Shown: in pieces, positions 58,278 to 64,000 of the stretch | Numbering within the stretch: position 1 is the first letter of the stretch | How the letters are laid out: the number at the start of each line of letters is the position of its first letter | Assembly: GCA_965208105.1 (NCBI GenBank) | Contig: OZ242318.1 | Span: forward strand, 4,576,001 to 4,640,000 | Direction of reading: 5' to 3' | Source of the DNA: Candidatus Latescibacterota bacterium | GTDB taxonomy: Bacteria > Latescibacterota > UBA2968 > UBA8231 | DNA length: 64,000 nt | The notes under the pieces: model-generated | Databases searched by the model: none | Told to the model about the DNA's origin: nothing | Seen by the model: only the letters and a program-made list of their open reading frames with translations | Made by a program: the position numbers and the translations under genes

Positions 58278-59810
58278 ATGGGAAACGGGAACAAGATCAT
58301 CCCTGTCGAGCAGGCGGCAGCGCTGGTTTCCGACCGGGACACTCTCGTCGCGGTCGGCGGAGGCGGTGGTCTCGTGGAACCAGATGCCCTGCTTGCGGGG
58401 ATCGAAAGGCGCTTTCTCGAGACCGGAACTCCTCGTGGTTTGCGCGTGGTCCACTCTCTGGGGATTGGAGATGGAAACCGGCGAGGACTGAACCGCCTGG
58501 CCTACGAGGGATTGGTTTCTCGCGTGATCGGCGGACACTGGGTCTGGTCGCCGCGCATGCAGGCTCTCGCCAGGGAGGAAAAGATCGAGGCCTATGTCCT
58601 GCCGGGCGGGGTTACGGCGCAGCTCATGCGCGAGATCGCCGCAGGCCGGCGGGGCCTGATCACACACGTCGGCCTTGGAACCTTCGTGGACCCGCGCCAG
58701 CAGGGCGGCCGGATGAATGCGTGTGCCAGGGATGAGCTGGTGGAGCTCATCGAGATCGATGGCCGGACCCTTCTGCGCTACAAACCCTTCCCGGTGGACA
58801 TCGCGGTGCTGCGAGGGAGTTTCGCGGACCCAGACGGAAACATCAGCATCGACCAGGAGCCCGCTACAATGGAATCCCTGGCCATGGCCATGGCCGCCCG
58901 CAACAGTGGAGGCAAGGTGCTCGTGCAGGTGCGCGAGGCTGTCGAGTGCGGCATCTTGCCGGCCAAGTCGGTCCACATTCCCGGTGCCCTCGTTGACGCG
59001 GTGGTTCTGGTGCCGGACCAGCCGCAGAGCCACCAGTTCCTCTATGACCCGACCGTTTCCGGCGAGCGCCACGAGGTCCTGCTTTCTGAGCCGCCTGGGG
59101 AATTGGGCATCCGGGAGGCCGTGGCTCGACGCGCGGCGGCCGAGCTCTCGGATGGGGACGTGGTGAACTACGGGTTTGGCATGCCGGATGCGATCCCGAA
59201 GCTGCTTGCGCGCCGGGGAGAGCAGCACCGCTACTATCAGACGATCGAACACGGGACCTACGGCGGGACCTTGATGGACGGCGCGCTGTTCGGGTTTGCC
59301 CGCAATGCGACGTGCATGATCGACTCCCCCTCTCAATTCGATTTCTACGGCGGCGGAGGCCTGGACATCGCGTTTCTGGGGTTCGGCGAGATCGATGCGG
59401 AAGGAAATGTGAACGTATCGTTTTTGGGTGGTGTCCCGGTAGGTCCTGGCGGCTTCATCGACATCGCTCAGAATGCGCGAAAAGTGGTCTTCTGCGGGTC
59501 ATTCGAGGCCAAAGGCGCGATTTTCGATATCGGTGAGGGGAAGCTGAGCGTACGGAGATACGGCGATGTTTGCAAGATGGTGAACCAGGTTGGGCAAAGG
59601 ACATTCAGCGGCAAGCAGGCCCTCGCCTCGGGGCAGCAGGTCAAATACGTGACCGAGAGGGCGGTTTTCGACCTGTCCGGGGAAGGACTGTGCCTGCGGG
59701 AGATCGCACCGGGAGTGGATTTACAGGCGGACGTGCTGGATCGGATGGGGTTTGCCCCGGTGGTGCCCCACAACCTGTCCCTGATGCCGGAAGACTGTTT
59801 CCAGGCCTGA
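58278..59810 (+). CDS. Acyl-CoA:acetate/3-ketoacid CoA-transferase (fused YdiF/Pct type)
   Basis: THVGLGTFVDPRQQGG; VNYGFGMP; IEHG; GPGGFIDIAQNARKVVF; YVTERAVF. Confidence 0.92.
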   Translation: MGNGNKIIPVEQAAALVSDRDTLVAVGGGGGLVEPDALLAGIERRFLETGTPRGLRVVHSLGIGDGNRRGLNRLAYEGLVSRVIGGHWVWSPRMQALAREEKIEAYVLPGGVTAQLMREIAAGRRGLITHVGLGTFVDPRQQGGRMNACARDELVELIEIDGRTLLRYKPFPVDIAVLRGSFADPDGNISIDQEPATMESLAMAMAARNSGGKVLVQVREAVECGILPAKSVHIPGALVDAVVLVPDQPQSHQFLYDPTVSGERHEVLLSEPPGELGIREAVARRAAAELSDGDVVNYGFGMPDAIPKLLARRGEQHRYYQTIEHGTYGGTLMDGALFGFARNATCMIDSPSQFDFYGGGGLDIAFLGFGEIDAEGNVNVSFLGGVPVGPGGFIDIAQNARKVVFCGSFEAKGAIFDIGEGKLSVRRYGDVCKMVNQVGQRTFSGKQALASGQQVKYVTERAVFDLSGEGLCLREIAPGVDLQADVLDRMGFAPVVPHNLSLMPEDCFQA

Positions 59811-59869
59811 AGGCTGCCAGCCTCCCGGCGACGGGGATGTTTTCTTCCAAAACCAACCAAGGAGCCGCA

Positions 59870-61030
59870 TTGAATTTCTCACTGAGTGACAGGGCACGCG
59901 AGAAGGTTGCGGCCGTGCGTAGCTTCGTGCGATCAGAATTACAGCCCCTGGAGGAGGAGGTCGAAGCCGGTGGACGCCTGGACCCCGCGAAGGCAGGGGA
60001 GATCTTCGAAAAATCCCGCGACCTGGGTTTCTATGCCCTGAACATTCCGGAGAAGTTCGGCGGCGGTGGCTTGACCGGGGTGGAGATGAGCTGCGTCGAG
60101 ATGGAGATGGGACAGACCTCCGACATCCTCATCCGGCGCGCCTTCGGCAATGTATATGAGGTGCTCCTGGCCTGCGACGACAGGCAGCGCGATCGATGGC
60201 TGCTGCCGACTGTCCGTGGGGAGCGGACCTGCTCCATTGCGATGACCGAGCCCGGGGCAGGCTCGGACGCTGCCGGGATAGAAACCAATGCCACCCCTGA
60301 CGGAAACGGTTGGATCCTGAACGGCTGCAAGCGCCCGATCGGAGACGGGTCGTTTTCGGACTTTTTCGTCGTCTCGGCGCGCTCAGAGCCCGTCGAAGGA
60401 TCGAGGGGCATCTCCCTGTTCCTGGTCGATAAGTCCACTCCTGGTGTAAGGGTGGGTCGAGACCTGCCGATGATGGGCAATCGCGGCACCTCCCACGTGG
60501 AGCTTTTCTTCAATGACGTCAGACTTGGCCCCGAGAATCTGCTGGGAGAGCGTGGCCGCGGCATGGGTCTGCTGCTTTCGACCATCGGCCGCATCCGCCT
60601 CTTTCACATCGGAGCACGTGCAGTGGGCATGGCGCGGCGTGTGTTGGCCATGATGATCGATCATGCCAACTCGAGGATCCAGTTTGGCAAGCCGATCGGC
60701 GAGTTCCAGATGGTCCAGCAGATGCTGGCCGACAGTGCGATCGAGTTGAACGGCGCCCGCTTGATGGTGCTCGACGCAGCCTGGGAAACCGACCAGGGAA
60801 TGGACCCTCGTGAGAAGGTGTCGATTGTGAAGGTCCATGCCGCGGAGACCCTGGGCAGGATTGCCGACCGGGCCGTCCAGATTTTCGGGGGCAGCGGTTA
60901 CTGCAGGGACCTGCCCATAGAAAGGATCTACCGGGACGCCAGAGTCATGCGCATCTTTGACGGCACTTCGGAAATTCATCGCGGCATGATCGCCAGGGGA
61001 CTGATGAAGAATGGAGTGGACGTCATCTGA
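59870..61030 (+). CDS. Acyl-CoA dehydrogenase
   Basis: AMTEPGAGSD; RIQFGKPIGEFQ; AVQIFGGSGY; YRDARVMRIFDGTSEI; TTG start after an AAGGAG RBS. Confidence 0.95.
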   Translation: MNFSLSDRAREKVAAVRSFVRSELQPLEEEVEAGGRLDPAKAGEIFEKSRDLGFYALNIPEKFGGGGLTGVEMSCVEMEMGQTSDILIRRAFGNVYEVLLACDDRQRDRWLLPTVRGERTCSIAMTEPGAGSDAAGIETNATPDGNGWILNGCKRPIGDGSFSDFFVVSARSEPVEGSRGISLFLVDKSTPGVRVGRDLPMMGNRGTSHVELFFNDVRLGPENLLGERGRGMGLLLSTIGRIRLFHIGARAVGMARRVLAMMIDHANSRIQFGKPIGEFQMVQQMLADSAIELNGARLMVLDAAWETDQGMDPREKVSIVKVHAAETLGRIADRAVQIFGGSGYCRDLPIERIYRDARVMRIFDGTSEIHRGMIARGLMKNGVDVI

Positions 61031-61202
61031 GGTCCGATTCTGGACAGCCAAGGGGTGGAGGCCGTCAGAGTAGTTGTACTGGGAGGTCGTTCCTATCCTC
61101 CGTGCAGACGATCATGAAAGGACAATTTCGCGGGGCCGGCGCAGCTGAACCGGGCAACTGCACGGGGCAATTCCAAATGATGGACTCCATCGGTGAAGAG
61201 GC

Positions 61203-61907
61203 ATGCTTTCCCCCAGGGAGCTGATTGAAATCCAGGTTGAGACCCTGTTCACGTCGGATGGAAAAAGGGGTCTTCGAGGGATCAACGATCCCGACGGTGA
61301 AGCCAGTCCAGCCCCGCGGTTTTTCTTCGGCAGCACCAGGGAAGGTTCCATATGCCGGTTCCGCCATGACCTTCCGGAAAATGTGGTTGCGCGGCTGAGG
61401 AAAGCCGCCGAGGCCGAGCCGATGCTGTTGGATTCGCGGAAATTGCCGCGCTGTCACCGTCAGTTCATCGACATCCTGCAAAGCCAGGCTCCAATCGAAG
61501 GGGTATGGGCAGGGCCCGCCTACCACTTTCCCGACAGGATTGAACCGCCCAAAGATGTTGTTCGATTATCGCCTGAGAACGCAGGATTTCTGAAGGGTGA
61601 TTTTGCAGAAATGGTGCCGGAGTTGAGAAATGAACGTCCTCGTTATGGGGCCATCGAGGACTCGCAGGCGGTGTCGATTTGCCAGAGCGTCCGCTTATCG
61701 CCGCGGGCACATGAGGCAGGGGTGGATACCCTGGAGGCCTACCGCCGACGCGGGTATGCGGCCTCGGCCGTTGCCGCGTGGGCACTTGCCGTTCGAGCTC
61801 TGAACCTCGTTCCCCTCTACAGCACTTCGTGGGACAACGAGGCTTCTCAGGGCCTCGCCCGCCGCCTGGGCCTGGTGCAGTATGGCGTGGACTATCACGT
61901 GACATGA
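61203..61907 (+). CDS. GNAT family acetyltransferase
   Basis: EAGVDTLEAYRRRGYA...YSTSWDNEASQGLARRLG. Confidence 0.88.
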   Translation: MLSPRELIEIQVETLFTSDGKRGLRGINDPDGEASPAPRFFFGSTREGSICRFRHDLPENVVARLRKAAEAEPMLLDSRKLPRCHRQFIDILQSQAPIEGVWAGPAYHFPDRIEPPKDVVRLSPENAGFLKGDFAEMVPELRNERPRYGAIEDSQAVSICQSVRLSPRAHEAGVDTLEAYRRRGYAASAVAAWALAVRALNLVPLYSTSWDNEASQGLARRLGLVQYGVDYHVT

Positions 61908-62046
61908 TGTGGGCATCGCGGATTTTCACCTGACCTGACATGCCCGCTTGCGGGGATGCGGGACATACGGCCCTTCGGGCTACGGTTTCGACCCTAGTGC
62001 ACGGCGAAATCGCCATGCGACATCTGATTTTGGAGGCATCGGGCAA

Positions 62047-62598
62047 GTGATTGATCTCGACAAATCGAAGTTCCCATCCTTGTTCCAAAAGCGAGTATGG
62101 CCATGGGGACCGATAATTGCTGAATTTGAAACAAACCCCGATCCTCCAACAGAGTTGATCAGCAACGTCAACATGGTGCCCTATGTGGAAGATGGGAACT
62201 GGGTAATCATTCGGCATGGAGGTGGATGGTGCATCACCGGAGGGACACTCGAGCCGGGTGAAAGCTACATGGAAGCGATCGAGCGGGAACTCATGGAAGA
62301 GGCAGGTGCTCGTTTGATTTCGTTCCAGTATCTTGGTGCGTGGCATTGTCACTCTCAGGCTGACAGACCGTACAAACCGCATTTGCCGTGGCCCGAGTTT
62401 TTTCGCGTCGTCGGTTTCGGGCAGGTCGAAATCGTCGCCGACCCGGGCAATCCGGAGGATGGGGAGCAAGTCTCCGAAGTGGCCTGTCTTCCACTGGAAG
62501 AGGCATGCACCCGGCTAAGCGGGAATCCCGACGATGGTCCCGATCTGGCCGAGCTCTATCGCCTGGCTGCTTTGGCCAAGTCCGGAAAAAACAGGTAA
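62047..62598 (+). CDS. NUDIX hydrolase
   Basis: Nudix box GGTLEPGESYMEAIERELMEEAG. Start uncertain. Confidence 0.88.
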   Translation: MIDLDKSKFPSLFQKRVWPWGPIIAEFETNPDPPTELISNVNMVPYVEDGNWVIIRHGGGWCITGGTLEPGESYMEAIERELMEEAGARLISFQYLGAWHCHSQADRPYKPHLPWPEFFRVVGFGQVEIVADPGNPEDGEQVSEVACLPLEEACTRLSGNPDDGPDLAELYRLAALAKSGKNR

Positions 62599-62637
62599 AT
62601 TTTCCTTCATTTCCAACATCGAGAAACAGGCAAGGCC

Positions 62638-62716
62638 ACTTAACGACCTGATTTGTTCCGCGCGCCTTGGCCTCGGGTAACAGCTAGGGACTTCGTAGGC
62701 CGAAAACATAGCTAGA
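62638..62716 (+). repeat. Degenerate attC-like element
   Basis: ACTTAAC (RYYYAAC)...GCGCCTTGGCCTCGGGTAAC...GCCGAAAACATAG. Confidence 0.4.
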
Positions 62717-62736
62717 CATGGGATTGAGGGACTATT

Positions 62737-63525
62737 GTGGGATTAGAAGACAGATCCTTGGCGTCAATATGTCCTCCTCTTCGTCGTTTCATCGTTCCCG
62801 GGTCGGTTGTGCTTGACGTTGGTTGCGGGCCGGGTGCGATCGCCCTAGAGGTTGCAAGTGTGGTCGAAAGAGGCCGGGTGATCGGAATCGATTCCGATCC
62901 AAACAAAATACAGCGTGCAACATCGATCGCGTCTCAAGGGCGTGTCGAGAACGTTGAATTCCGGTTGGGAGATGCTACTTCACTCTCGTTCAAGGACGAT
63001 TTCTTCGACCTTGTGTACTCAACCCATGTGCTGGAGCATCTGAATGACCGGGTCGCGGCGCTTCGGGAGATGAAGCGCGTTGCCAAGCCTTCTGGTTTGG
63101 TCATCTGCTCCGCCCTGGACTCCAGTGCGGCTATGTTCTTTCCCCCATGCCCCTCCATGGAGGCAATCTACCGAGGGTGGGCTCGCCTGCCGGAAATGTC
63201 TGATTCAACTGTGGCCGATCCTGGGCTAGGGAGACGGATGTTCTCGCTGGGTATTGAAGCTGGATTCAGCTCCCTTGAAACCGAGATATTTGGAATTCCG
63301 GAATTCATGGCTACGGCGACCCACTCTGAGGAGATCGACAAGGTTTACGTCCAAGCGAAGCATCACGCTCGAAAGGATCACGAAAGATTCAGTCTGCTTG
63401 TGAATGCGGGAATTCTGTCCAAGGATCTTTCCGATCGTGCCCGAACCGAGCTGGAGGAATGGAAATCGCATCCCGGGGCTTTTTTCTCTCGGGGCGCTGG
63501 GGTTCTCATCGTGGGAAGGGCGTGA
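62737..63525 (+). CDS. Class I SAM-dependent methyltransferase
   Basis: VLDVGCGPG; GDATSLSFKDDFFDLV; ALREMKRVAKPSG. Confidence 0.92.
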   Translation: MGLEDRSLASICPPLRRFIVPGSVVLDVGCGPGAIALEVASVVERGRVIGIDSDPNKIQRATSIASQGRVENVEFRLGDATSLSFKDDFFDLVYSTHVLEHLNDRVAALREMKRVAKPSGLVICSALDSSAAMFFPPCPSMEAIYRGWARLPEMSDSTVADPGLGRRMFSLGIEAGFSSLETEIFGIPEFMATATHSEEIDKVYVQAKHHARKDHERFSLLVNAGILSKDLSDRARTELEEWKSHPGAFFSRGAGVLIVGRA

Positions 63526-63589
63526 AGTTTGGAGCAGCCGGATTCGAAAGAGTGTTCTCGTTGCGTTAACTATCTCCCCAACACAAAAA

Positions 63590-64000
63590 ATGATGATGCA
63601 GGTATCTATTGAAGATGATCCCCGTCCTGAGGATTTCGACTTCGTTCGCGACCGCCTCCAGGAGCATAATGCCGCCATTGTCGGGCCGGACAACTATGCA
63701 CCTCTTGCCATCTTCGCCCGAGACGGTTCAGGCTCGATTCGCGGCGGACTGCTGGGGGAAACCTTCTGGCAATGGCTCCACATCAGCACCGTATGGATCA
63801 GCCAAAGCGATCGAGGGCAGGGTCTTGGCACACGGCTCCTCGCACTGGCGGAAGAAGAGGGCATCAAGCGTGGCTGCATTGCAGTCTTTGTTGACTCCCT
63901 GAGTTTCCAGGAGCCAGACTTCTATTTGAACAGAGGATATGAAGTTTGGGGTGAGCTGAGGGACTTGCCGGTAGGGCACCGGCGGATTTTTCTTCAGAAG
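63590..64000 (+). CDS. GNAT acetyltransferase, runs off the window end
   Basis: Not in the ORF track. Manual translation: MMMQVSIEDDPRPEDFDFVRDRLQEHN...GGLLGETFWQWLHISTVWISQSDRGQGLGTRLLALAEEEG..RGC...DSLSFQ..FYLNRGYEV. Confidence 0.88.
   Translation, partial: MMMQVSIEDDPRPEDFDFVRDRLQEHNAAIVGPDNYAPLAIFARDGSGSIRGGLLGETFWQWLHISTVWISQSDRGQGLGTRLLALAEEEGIKRGCIAVFVDSLSFQEPDFYLNRGYEVWGELRDLPVGHRRIFLQK

Overview
GC-rich bacterial window, probably from an FCB-group organism such as Ca. Latescibacterota (inferred from gene-family content only). No rRNA, tRNA, CRISPR array, transposase, integrase or reverse transcriptase was seen. Layout: (1) 1-3.6 kb, minus strand: squalene synthase, an ECF sigma/anti-sigma/Spy-like triad and a TolB-like lipoprotein. 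(2) 4-23 kb, one co-oriented envelope locus. It opens with a triplicated [lipoprotein-lipoprotein-DUF4159] unit: six Ig/CARDB-like lipoproteins with invariant ends and hypervariable patches, two DUF4159 proteins with TonB-like anchors, and one anchor-only relic. Next come a FlgD-Ig secreted protein, a large DxDxDG-loop putative outer-membrane barrel, a 1046-aa TPR protein, ExbB/ExbD/ExbD, a lipoprotein and a second, frameshifted barrel paralog. A third paralog lies at 44-47 kb beside a glycoside hydrolase. (3) 23-34 kb: a heterodimeric ABC exporter, two DUF5916 paralogs and two inverted copies of a 166-bp MITE. (4) 29-41 kb and 55-64 kb: runs of small co-oriented accessory genes (GNATs, VOC, APH, NUDIX, HAD, methyltransferase, ankyrin, HEAT), several separated by a degenerate attC-like repeat family. 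(5) 41-61 kb: metabolic genes including amidase, amtB-glnK, CoA-transferase and acyl-CoA dehydrogenase. The best candidate for an undescribed system is the 4-23 kb locus: a proton-motive-force-driven envelope machine with no canonical TonB or TonB-dependent receptor, coupled to a diversifying lipoprotein array. Family names were recognised by eye from motifs, not from database searches.
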